A DNA stretch of 32,000 nt from assembly GCF_018398935.1 (NCBI RefSeq), contig NZ_CP074694.1, positions 2,400,001 to 2,432,000 of the forward strand. The letters run 5' to 3'. The notes under the pieces are model-generated. The model searched no databases. It saw only the letters and a list, made by a program, of their open reading frames with translations, and was not told where the DNA came from. This stretch comes from Telmatocola sphagniphila (GTDB taxonomy: Bacteria; Planctomycetota; Planctomycetia; Gemmatales; Gemmataceae). The number at the start of each line of letters is the position of its first letter. Position 1 is the stretch's first letter. This document shows, one piece after another, positions 1 to 9,300 of the stretch. Position numbers and translations under genes: made by a program.

Positions 1-495
1 CTCTTCGTCATCGTCGTGACTAATATCACGGTTCGCGGCCTCGCCTCACTTGTAGCCATCGGCGGCTTGATAATCGTTGCTCTGGTGCTCGCACAACTGC
101 ACTTATGGGATCCGATCCTGCATTGGCTCGGAGGTCTGGATGTTCGTATGAATGCTGGCGGATACCTCGCCTTTGCTATTCCGATTTTTGTGTTGTGGAC
201 CTTCAGCATGTTCGTTTATGATCGCTATACCTACCTGATCGTGACACCGGGACAAGTCACCATTCGGCAGGATATCGGCGATGGAGAAGTGGCGGTCGAC
301 ACATCGTCTCTGATGTTGGAAAAACGACGCAACGATTTCTTCCGCCACTGGCTCTTAGGTTTCGGTGCGGGGGATCTTCACGTTAAAACGGGTGGAGCGG
401 CCAATATCGATCTGGAACTGAATAATGTGTTATTTATTGGCCGAAAAGTCGCCTATATTCAGAACAAGATCCGGGAAAAAGAAATTGCGGCTTGA
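1..495 (+). CDS. Membrane protein with C-terminal bacterial PH-like (bPH/DUF304-type) domain; 5' end probably upstream of the window
   Basis: Frame 1 is open from base 1 (LFVIV precedes the GTG at 16), so the true start is likely outside the window. Two hydrophobic helices (GLASLVAIGGLIIVALVLA; YLAFAIPIFVLWTFSMFVY) are followed by a beta-rich segment (LIVTPGQVTIRQD...GDLHVKTG...LELNNV) like membrane-flanked PH domains. The fold call is from pattern memory only. Confidence 0.4.
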   Translation, partial: LFVIVVTNITVRGLASLVAIGGLIIVALVLAQLHLWDPILHWLGGLDVRMNAGGYLAFAIPIFVLWTFSMFVYDRYTYLIVTPGQVTIRQDIGDGEVAVDTSSLMLEKRRNDFFRHWLLGFGAGDLHVKTGGAANIDLELNNVLFIGRKVAYIQNKIREKEIAA

Positions 496-500
496 ACCTC

Positions 501-524
501 CGCGGTCTCAAGAAGTGAGACGCG
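501..524 (+). terminator. Candidate hairpin terminator after the first CDS
   Basis: Starts 6 nt after the TGA at 493..495. Structure is CGCG-G-TCTCA / loop AGAAG / TGAGA-CGCG (9 bp, one bulged G). There is no U-tract. Confidence 0.25.
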
Positions 525-1296
525 ATTCCAACTAGCTACGGGACGTTTTAGGCGAATTTCTGCTCTGGGATGCGAAACTAAGCTCGCAATTCGCAATTCT
601 GAGAGCCGATTCCTTGCATTAGAGCACTCACTCGGGTAATTCGACGCCTTGGTGAAATTGAACTGGAGAGTTCCGCGTACGAATTACGGTACCCAAAAAT
701 TGGCAGATACCTACTTCAGCCAAAGAGGTTGGTCAGAATCAAAAAATGAAAGCGGGCGAATTTCTGAACATTCGTGGGTCTGACGGAGCTTTTTCCGATA
801 CTCAGGCGGCCGGAGAAACGTACAAAAGTGCTGATCGCCTTTTTTTCTGAAAGGTTTTCTGCCGAGCTCATTTAATGAGGATCTTGGGAGTGGTGGTGGC
901 AACTAAAGCCTGAAGAGTCGCTTTCCAATAGTCAGGAATGATCCGGGGTTTGCGTTTCTTTACGACTAGTAGAAATTTCCGCCTGAATTCGGACTAATGC
1001 GAGGCGAAATCTTCAGCTGACTATTTGCAGATCATGAGATTCCAAGAAACTCACGAAATGAAACATATAATGCGGAACCATGGATTGATATATATATTTC
1101 TAGGTCTCTATTAAAAAGTTATGACAAATGTCCTAACCAACCTTTAATCAAACTTGTAGGGGGATGCAACTGCGAGGCATCATCGCGGTTGGGCTCGGAA
1201 GGATTTGAGATCTGCCCTGGAGCTGGATTTAAAAACTTAATCGCCGCGAATTATGCATATTCAGAAACCCCTCTCCCTAGTGCCTGATTGGACAAA

Positions 1297-1578
1297 ATGA
1301 ACGAGATTCACATCAAGATTCAAGAAATCCTGGAAGAGTTTACAGGGAATGAAATCGAACTATCGAAAATGGACCCCTCGACTCCTCTTCTTATTGCGTT
1401 TGAGGTAAACTCCCTGGATATACTCGAGATCATTTTCAGAATCGAGGAAATTTATGGCATTAGGCTCAGCCGGGAGCAACTGGAAACGCATAATTCCTTG
1501 GGAGGATTTCTGGAATTAGTCAATTCCCAAATCGAGCCTAGCCTGTCCGTGCGCGGCCGAACGAGCTCCACCAAATGA
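1297..1578 (+). CDS. Acyl carrier protein-like (phosphopantetheine-binding) small protein, orphan
   Basis: The ORF opens at TTG 1288; the first ATG is at 1297. It is an acidic helical protein. The segment AFEVN-S-LDILEIIFRIEEIYGI matches the (D/N)SLD attachment-serine motif and the following helix of carrier proteins (Ser codon 1411..1413). Confidence 0.6.
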   Translation: MNEIHIKIQEILEEFTGNEIELSKMDPSTPLLIAFEVNSLDILEIIFRIEEIYGIRLSREQLETHNSLGGFLELVNSQIEPSLSVRGRTSSTK

Positions 1579-1648
1579 ACGTCATCCCTTGAGAAGGCGA
1601 TGAGGATTCAGCGAAGCGATCTTTAGTCGAAAATTCCATTTTGGCGAA

Positions 1649-1670
1649 GAGCGAGGCAGGGTCCTCGCTC
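1649..1670 (+). terminator. Candidate GC-rich hairpin downstream of the ACP-like gene
   Basis: GAGCGAGG / loop CAGGGT / CCTCGCTC, a perfect 8-bp stem 71 nt after the TGA at 1576..1578. No U-tract. Confidence 0.25.
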
Positions 1671-1865
1671 GCTACCCTTGCCATGAGTTACCTCTCAGTA
1701 AAACGCCGAGGGTATGGCTGCCAGCCCTGCTTCAATTGAGAGTAAATTCAAGTCGCATCCTTAACTCCGATAGATTGAGAAATTGATCGCGATCATGCAA
1801 GTCTGTCCATGAGGGCGGAATTCCCTCTCCTACAGCTACGCCTTATCTAAAAATACCGAATAGAA

Positions 1866-1893
1866 TTGCGGCCGTCTTTCTCGAAGCTATAAT
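1866..1893 (+). promoter_or_regulatory. Sigma70-like promoter candidate for the NlpC/P60-like gene
   Basis: TTGCGG (1866..1871), 16-nt spacer, exact TATAAT (1888..1893), 14 nt upstream of the TTG start at 1908. Consensus match only. Confidence 0.2.
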
Positions 1894-1907
1894 GCCTGAA
1901 AACACTA

Positions 1908-2636
1908 TTGGTTCATGAGGCATTCGGTGTGAATATTCTTGTTTTTTTATCTTTTAGCTCATTTTTTTGGGCTCCTACGCAGTCAACCGAGGCCCCAGTT
2001 CCCAAACACTTGACCGAGGCCAGGGAGCTCGTCCGTCAACTCTCGCTCTCAAACACCAAATACGAACATGGCCAGGGAGAAGTGAAATGGAAGGATCCTC
2101 CGAAAGCCTACTGCGATTGCAGTGGATTGATCAACCATCTCTTGATGCACACTTACAGCTATACGGAAGACGATTTGAAAAACTGGACAGGATCGCGTCG
2201 ACCCACCGCGCGCCGCTATCACGATCTGATCGATTTGGGACAATCAAAAAATTGGAAGAAAATCGAGAAACTGGAGAATCTGAAACCTGGGGATCTGATT
2301 GCCATCAAGTATCTTGATGCCAAAGAAGGTGACAATACCGGCCACGTCATGCTCGTGGATGCCAAACCCAAGCTCCTGAATACTCCCGCTGAGACCATCG
2401 CCGGCGCTGCAAAACAATGGGAAGTCCCGGTGATCGATAGCACCATGAGTCCGCATGGCAAAAAAGACTCCCGATATGACAAGAATGAAAAACATACCGG
2501 GGTCGGTCAAGGCACGTTCCGAATCCTTACCGATGATCAAGGTACGATTGTGGGATATACCTGGAGCCTGGATTCGAGCAAAACGATCTACAAACAAAAC
2601 GTACACCATATGCTCTTTGGGAGATTGGAACGCTAA
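1908..2636 (+). CDS. Secreted NlpC/P60-like (papain-fold) cysteine hydrolase, tentative
   Basis: Signal-peptide-like N-terminus (VNILVFLSFSSFFWAPTQS). AYCD-C-SGLINHLL (Cys codon 2118..2120) is followed 75 residues later by NTG-H-VMLVD. These give the DCSG and GHV motifs and the Cys...His order of NlpC/P60 enzymes. Confidence 0.5.
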   Translation: MVHEAFGVNILVFLSFSSFFWAPTQSTEAPVPKHLTEARELVRQLSLSNTKYEHGQGEVKWKDPPKAYCDCSGLINHLLMHTYSYTEDDLKNWTGSRRPTARRYHDLIDLGQSKNWKKIEKLENLKPGDLIAIKYLDAKEGDNTGHVMLVDAKPKLLNTPAETIAGAAKQWEVPVIDSTMSPHGKKDSRYDKNEKHTGVGQGTFRILTDDQGTIVGYTWSLDSSKTIYKQNVHHMLFGRLER

Positions 2637-2909
2637 TTTCCGTGCCAGTGAGCTTGGTGGGCATGCACTCGCCTCTCCTCATTTGGCATCGTTAGCATCA
2701 CAAAGGACGATTTACTTAAAAAGAAATCAAGCTTTCCATTTCGTGATGGGAAGTAATCCTTCTTCGCTGATAGTATCAAACGCTCTTTGTCTTCCCGACG
2801 ATCACTAAATCGTAGAGGCAAAAAGTCACGCCGCTCGGATCAACCGTATTTACCAGTCTAGAGGAGCTGGATTCATGATCCAAGTCTCGAGTGGGTTCCG
2901 TGCTTACTC

Positions 2910-4034
2910 TTATCGAAGGAGAGACTTGCCACTGTCCGCACCCTTTAAACCTTTACCGACCCTCCCACTCTGCTGCGAAGGCGGCAGACCCCAATCGCGT
3001 GAAGCAACGGCGATTGCGTGCAATTCCGGCTTGGTGAGTTTACGATGGATCAGCTCGTTCAAAGCTTTTCCCTGGTGCTCGGGATCATGCAGGTAATGCA
3101 ATAGCTCTTCCGCAGTCAGAAATCCATCCTGATTCAAATCGAGTTGTTCGAATTCGAGGGCGCTCCAAATACTCCGCCACTCATAGAGTCCGATTTGACC
3201 GTCATGGTCCAGATCGAGTTGAAAGAACCAGCCGGGTAATCCTTGAGGTGTTTTGTTGGGGTCTCCCGCCGCGGCCCCCCGGAGGATTTCCGCTTCCACG
3301 TCAGTCCTGTGTTCCCCTTTTCTCAATCGATCGAGGATATAATTATGAAATTCCGCAGGGTTGATTTTCCCATCACTGTCCGCATCCCAGGTTTTCAATT
3401 CCACTCGAAGTAACTTCGGCATTTCCTCCGCACTGAGCAGATGATCTCCATTGCGATCGAGAATATGGAAAAGTTTCTCCGTTTCGGAATCCAGTTTGGT
3501 AACTGGTGATGGATCCGAAACAGTTGAAGGAACGAGTACAAGGTGCTTCTGGGAGTAGGCGTAAAACTCATTCAACCGAATTCGAGTTCGCATCGGCCCG
3601 AGTTTCTCGGCAACGTGGTCGAAGACCTCCAGAATTTCCGGATTGTCGATTTTGTCGCGCAACCATTCCTGTTTGCCTTCAGACAGCAAGCCAAACCAGT
3701 CAATTTCGTTCTCGGGAAGCACTTCGCCTTCGGGCAGGATCTTGTGGAGAAGAGCGATGATTTTATCGCGTTCGCTCTGAGCCGGTTCAAGTTCAGTCAC
3801 GCCGGGCTTGCGATTGAGCTCGGACTCGGCCACTCTCGGTTCTGGAGTAATTTTTAACGGAGAGGGTGTCTCGCTTGATCGAACCGGATGTGCGATCTTG
3901 ATTAATTCGGGGCTTTCCGACGAATTGCTGTGGTTATTCGTTACGTTGGGCATTCCCTTCTGTTGAAATGTGAAATAGCCCAGTACACAAATACCAATCA
4001 TCGCCGGTGCAACCAGTGTACGTGAGAAGGCCAT
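2910..4034 (-). CDS. Membrane-anchored calcium-binding protein with four EF-hand loops
   Basis: GGAG sits 9 nt upstream of ATG 4034. N-terminal TM helix (LVAPAMIGICVLGYFTF). There are four canonical 12-residue EF loops: DRNGDHLLSAEE, DADSDGKINPAE, DLDHDGQIGLYE and DLNQDGFLTAEE (coding 3105..3458). Confidence 0.8.
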   Translation of the reverse strand: MAFSRTLVAPAMIGICVLGYFTFQQKGMPNVTNNHSNSSESPELIKIAHPVRSSETPSPLKITPEPRVAESELNRKPGVTELEPAQSERDKIIALLHKILPEGEVLPENEIDWFGLLSEGKQEWLRDKIDNPEILEVFDHVAEKLGPMRTRIRLNEFYAYSQKHLVLVPSTVSDPSPVTKLDSETEKLFHILDRNGDHLLSAEEMPKLLRVELKTWDADSDGKINPAEFHNYILDRLRKGEHRTDVEAEILRGAAAGDPNKTPQGLPGWFFQLDLDHDGQIGLYEWRSIWSALEFEQLDLNQDGFLTAEELLHYLHDPEHQGKALNELIHRKLTKPELHAIAVASRDWGLPPSQQSGRVGKGLKGADSGKSLLR

Positions 4035-4791
4035 CTAAGATGCTCCAACAAAAAACGGAAGGGCAAAGAGAATCGAGTTTCAGGTAGGATGAACATTATT
4101 ATCTTCTCATAAATTGAGCCAAATTCAAGCCCTATCTCTTTCTCAAAATTCTCAAGGGTCGCTACAACCCCATAGAACGAGGGTTTTTACCGTACTCTGG
4201 ATGTAGGGAGTTCGACGCCCTGCCCTCTCGTAGTGACTGAATTCCAATTTCTGAGCAAAAAAGGAGATTTGCGGAAAGCCGTCCGTTTGAAAAAGTGGAG
4301 ACACCTCTCGTAGAATTTAGCGCAAGGATCCTGCAGACTCCGAAAGATCGACTAGAGGAATCGCAGGACCTTCCATAGTTCCTCATACCAATTCGAAACT
4401 TGAGGTGTAAAACCCTTCCACCCCGGGCAATTGGATTAAACGACATGAAATTCGACTGCGTTTTTGTTTCTGCCGACTTCATGTCAAACGAATATTTTCG
4501 TAGGCTATCTAATGGACAACATTCTTCGAGGACTGGGAATTGAAATTGGAAATGAGATTCGAACTAAGCTACTTTTCCAATGCAAGGGTTTTTACCGCTG
4601 GTTCAAATCTTACCACCGAACAATTTTCCTTCCCGGGATTGCTGCTCGAGATGCAATAAGCGTTGAAACCAAACGAAAACTGCTCTCTGGCTCAGAGGGG
4701 AGCAGTCTTCCTCCATCAGCGCGGATCAGACATCGAAATTTTGGTAAATCCCTGTAAGACAAGGCAGTCCTTGCTATATTCACCATCAACT

Positions 4792-6135
4792 ATGGCTAAC
4801 TCTATTACACAGACCGATCTTGTCGTCTCCTCGCAATTGACCTCTGGTTCCGAAGCCGCCCCTCATCACGGTCCCAGCTTTCCGCCCACAGCTTTATCTG
4901 GTCAAAGAGGCAGTATTTCTACAACATGGATCGTTATCGGGACGATTTTGAGTCTCGCGATGGCAGCGGCCTACTATTTCGGTGCACCGTTAATCCCTTC
5001 TGCCGAGGTTTCGAAATCAGCGAAAGGCGAAGCGAAAGCGGAAAAATCGGCGCCTCCCATCAAGAAGCTCGATGTCAAAGTCGATGTTAGTACCCCTGTT
5101 GAACGGGAGGTCATCGATTCATTGGATTTCGCCGCTCGAATGACAGCCATCGACTACGTGGAAGTGCGAGCCCACGTCTGGGGTTATCTGAACAAGGTCA
5201 ACTTCAAAGAAGGCGACATGGTGAAGAGTGGGGACATTCTGTTCGAACTCGATGCGCGAGTCTACGAGAACCAGCTTCACCAGGCTAAAGCCAATGTCGC
5301 CCAGGTGGAAGCCAAGCTGAAGTTCGATGAAGCCGACCTCGAGCGCTCTAAGAAAGTGCTCAATGCGATATCCAAATCCGACTTGGAAAAGGCGATCTCC
5401 GCTCGAGATCTCGACTTGGCTAACCTTGAACTCGCCAAAGAATCGGTGAAACAATCTGAACTTCTCCTCGAATATTCCAAGATCGCCGCCCCGATCACCG
5501 GTCGAACAAGCGCCTACAAAGTGACAACCGGTAACCTCGTGCAATCTGGCGATCAGAATGGCGGCACACTTCTCACCACAATCGTTTCGGTCGATCCGAT
5601 ATATGCTTATTTCGATGTGGATGAAGGGGCGGTACTTCGAAATATGAACCTGGTGCGAGATGGAAAAGCGCAGCCTTTTCGTAATTTGGGAGCGAAAGTT
5701 CGCTTGCGGTTGGACGATGGCGGCAAGTTTTCCAGAGAAGGAACGATCGACTTCGTGGACAACCAAATCAATCCTAAAACCGGCACGCTGCGGATGCGGG
5801 CATCGTTTGCCAATAAGGATGAAAGTCTTACGCCGGGGTTATTCTCCACGGTAACCTTGCCGATCGGCAATAAACACAGGGCTCTTCTCGTTCGCGAAAG
5901 TGCGCTCGACAACGACCAAGGTTCTCGAGTGCTCTGCATCCTCAATGGAAATAATATCGTAGAGCGTCGGCGGGTCGTGGTGGGCGGGAAACATGATGGC
6001 TTAGTGGAAATCGAATCGGGACTGCGGGCGGGTGAAAAAGTCATCGTCAAGGGCGTCCAACTCGCCCAGGGTGGTACGCGCGTGGAGCCGGACATGCAGA
6101 ACTCCGTTCCAATGTTGGAAGAAACCCCTAAGTAG
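4792..6135 (+). CDS. Efflux RND transporter periplasmic adaptor subunit (membrane fusion protein, HlyD family)
   Basis: The ORF opens at TTG 4663, but ATG 4792 (MANSITQ) is the more plausible start. TM anchor WIVIGTILSLAMAAAYYFGA. Lipoyl-like motif VRAHVWGYLNKVNFKEGDMVKSGDILFELD, a coiled-coil stretch (QLHQAKANVAQVEAKLKFDEADLER), then beta-barrel/MP-proximal segments. It lies directly upstream of the RND permease. Confidence 0.85.
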   Translation: MANSITQTDLVVSSQLTSGSEAAPHHGPSFPPTALSGQRGSISTTWIVIGTILSLAMAAAYYFGAPLIPSAEVSKSAKGEAKAEKSAPPIKKLDVKVDVSTPVEREVIDSLDFAARMTAIDYVEVRAHVWGYLNKVNFKEGDMVKSGDILFELDARVYENQLHQAKANVAQVEAKLKFDEADLERSKKVLNAISKSDLEKAISARDLDLANLELAKESVKQSELLLEYSKIAAPITGRTSAYKVTTGNLVQSGDQNGGTLLTTIVSVDPIYAYFDVDEGAVLRNMNLVRDGKAQPFRNLGAKVRLRLDDGGKFSREGTIDFVDNQINPKTGTLRMRASFANKDESLTPGLFSTVTLPIGNKHRALLVRESALDNDQGSRVLCILNGNNIVERRRVVVGGKHDGLVEIESGLRAGEKVIVKGVQLAQGGTRVEPDMQNSVPMLEETPK

Positions 6136-6372
6136 AAATCTCCAGTTTCGCCCAAGGCTATGTACTTGGATCGAATTCACGAAAGGGGCCGCTTTGCCAT
6201 CCCCGACTTATCCTCCCTAAGCCCATTTTCTGAAGCGAAACTCTCCGTGCGTTGATAATTTGCCCAAAGCTTGTGAAACTGGTTCGAAGACGACAAATAC
6301 CGGACTTTAAAAAAATCACACCAGTCCATCCTGTAGGACACCTTTTACCGTTCTTGGCACGAGGCATTGATA

Positions 6373-9300
6373 ATGCTGGCACGTTTTTTTATCGATCGCC
6401 CCGTTTTGGCCTGGGTGATTTCGCTGGTGATTGTCATGATCGGGGGAATCTCCTCCGCCCTTTTGCCCGTGGCCCAGTACCCGCTAGTCACCCCTCCTAC
6501 CGTTCGTGTAACCGCCACATATGCCGGAGCTAACGCGCAGGTGGTCGCCGACACTGTGGCCGCACCGATCGAGCAGCAAGTAGTCGGTGTCGAGAATATG
6601 CTCTACATGAATTCGGCGAGCAATAATGACGGCTCTTACACCCTCGACGTGACTTTCGATCTCGGCACCGACATTAACATGGCTCAGGTGTTATTGCAAA
6701 ACCGCGTCGCCATCGCTCAACCGGTGTTGCCAGATGTCGTCAAGGCCGTGGGAGTTACCGTCCGTAAGCGCTCCCCCGATATGCTGTTGATCGTCAACCT
6801 CTATTCCGACAACGACCCGAAGACTGGCAATCCCTACTACAACAACCTCTATCTAAGTAATTATGCCACCATTAACCTCGTTGATCGCCTCACGCGCGTT
6901 GAAGGAGTAGGCGATGTCTTCTCGTTCGGAGGGCAAGATTATTCCTTGCGCATCTGGCTCGACGCAAACAAAATGCAGTCCCGCAGTTTGACGGCCGGAG
7001 ACGTCATCGCCGTTCTGCGCGAACAGAACATCCAGGTTGCAGCAGGCCAGGTTGGCCAACCCCCGATCTCCAATGGAACGCGCTTCGATTTCCAATACTC
7101 GATGAGTACGAAGGGCAGACTGGCCGAACCGAAGGATTTTGAAGATATCGTGGTGAAAACCGGCGCGGATGGTGCGGTGACCTACTTGAAGGATGTGGCC
7201 CGCTGCGAACTCGGGGCGAAGAATCTCGATCAGAATCTCACACTCGATGGTCGACCCTCAGTGGGAATAGCCATTTTCCAGTTGCCGGGATCGAACGCAC
7301 TGGATGTGGCTGACCGCATTCGGTTGCTGATGCACGAAGAGGAAAAGAAGTTTCCGGAAGGGTTGAGATTCGGCATCGTTTACGACTCGACTCCGTTCGT
7401 CCGAGAATCCATTCGCGAAGTGTTTCACACCCTTCGTGATGCCGTCATCCTGGTCGCCCTCGTGGTGCTGTTGTTCCTGCAGGACTGGCGTTCGCTTATG
7501 CTACCAGTGATCGATGTTGGTGTATCGCTGATCGGTACGTTCGCTGTGATGAAGCTCATGGGCTTTTCACTGAACAACCTCACGCTCTTCGGTCTGGTAC
7601 TCGCGATCGGGATCGTTGTGGATGACTCCATTGTAGTGCTGGAAAACATAGAACGCTGGCTGGAAAAAGGTCTGCCGGTTCGCGAGGCCACCATACGCGC
7701 TATGAGCGAAATCACCGGCCCGATCGTGGCCATTACATTAGTGCTCAGTTCAGTTTTGCTACCCAGTGCCTTCCTCGGGGGAATCACCGGTCAGTTCTTC
7801 CGACAGTTCGCGCTAACCATCTCCGCGTCGATGCTCATCTCGGCGATCAATGCCATGACAATGACCCCAGCTCGTGCGACTTCGATTTTCGCAGGCCGTA
7901 AACATGGCGAGGGACACGGCAATGACGGCAAGGAAGCTTTACCCTGGTGGAGTTTCTGCATCTTAGGCGGTGTCGCGAGCATCTGGTTTCTCACCCCCTC
8001 TCTCGGCCACTTTTTTGGAATCGCCTCTGCCGAGGATCTCGAAAGCTTGGATGCCTTGCCCGGCGGCGTCAAAGCCACACTTTGGAGTTGGCTTGGGTAC
8101 GTCGTCCTGTTTATCCCGGGGGCGATCCCCGGCGGGATTGTAGGCGTGGCAATCATCCGACCGGTAAACTGGTTCCTGGGCAAGTTTTTCAAAGCATTTA
8201 ATTCCGTGTTTGAGTTAGGCACCAGAATTTATGGGAAGACCGTGGGTTGGTGTCTTCGACTGTCTGTTATCATGCTTCTGGTTTACATCGGCCTCATCGG
8301 GTTGACCGGTTACGGCTTCACTCTTCTGCCGCAAGGCTTTATTCCTACGCAAGATAAGGGGCGATTGATCTTGATGGTCTCGCTCCCTGATTCAGCCTCT
8401 CTGGAACGGACCAAGGCCGTCTGCAAAAAGATCGACAAGATCGTGCTGGAAACGCCTGGAGTGGCGAACATCATCAACGGAGCAGGACGTTCGTTCGTAC
8501 TCAATGCGATGAGTTCCAACCTGGCGTCTGGCTTCATTCCCCTCAAACCGTTCCACGAGCGCCGCGGGCCGGGATTGAATGCCGATGGCATAGCGTCCAT
8601 CTTGCGTAAACGCTTCCGTGAAGAGATTCCGGAAGCCAAGATCAATGTGTTCGGAGTTCCGCCCGTGGACGGACTGGGCACGGCCGGGGGTTTCAAACTC
8701 ATGGTGCAGGCGGCGGGAGATGTGGATTATGGGGCATTACAGGAACAGGCCGACCATCTGGCAGCTCAGGGCAACAAGATGGCTCATCCAGGAGTGGAAG
8801 CCATACTAAACCCCGATTACAACCCCGCCATCGATCCGATATCGAAGCAATACCTCGGAGATCCTCCGGCAGTGATCGGCGCATTGGATAGTTTTCGGGC
8901 CAAGATGCCGCAACTCTATGTGGACGTCAACCGAGTGAAAGCGAAGGCGATGGGGGTAGAGCTTACCGATGTATTCGACGCGCTTCAGGCGAATATGGGT
9001 AGCTACTACGTCAACGACTTCAACAAATTCGGACGCACCTGGCAAGTCAACGTTCAGGCTGATTCGAAATTCCGCATGACGGCCCAAGACGTTCGGCAAC
9101 TGCGCATCCGCAATAACCGGGGAGACATGGTGCCGATGGGATCCGTGGCTCAAGTAGTCGAAAAACCTGGGCCTCTCCAGATCGTGCGTTACAACATGTT
9201 TCCGGCCGCCCCGATTAACGGTGCAATTTTGCCCGGCATCAGTACCGGAGAAATTCAGGCGATCATGGAACAAGAAGCGGAAGGAATGCCACGGCAATTC

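Noticed and set aside
711-902. 63-codon minus-strand ORF and several ORFs under 30 codons in the 496..1287 spacer, including the AT-rich tract around 1060..1140
   Set aside because: None shows a homology pattern, an RBS, or coding-like composition. The AT-rich tract with CATATAAT/TATATATAT may simply be promoter-proximal DNA for the ACP-like gene, and I cannot support a specific call.
4545-4615. tRNA-like T-loop strings (GGTTCAAATC on the plus strand, GTTCGAATC on the minus strand)
   Set aside because: The flanking bases do not form a T-stem, and no acceptor or anticodon arms can be drawn. These are not tRNAs.
4162-4757. ORFs 4162..4482 (-) and 4464..4757 (+) in the long spacer upstream of the RND operon
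   Set aside because: Neither has a recognisable domain, an RBS context, or typical composition. They overlap each other. I treated the region as noncoding.
5119-5766. 215-codon minus-strand ORF inside the adaptor gene
   Set aside because: It is antisense to a clearly homologous HlyD-family gene and has no motifs of its own.
6352-6369. Sigma-54-like element TTGGCACGAGGCATTGA
   Set aside because: The -12 element is TTGA rather than TTGC, and the spacing is off by one. The site abuts the permease start codon, so any transcript would begin inside the CDS.
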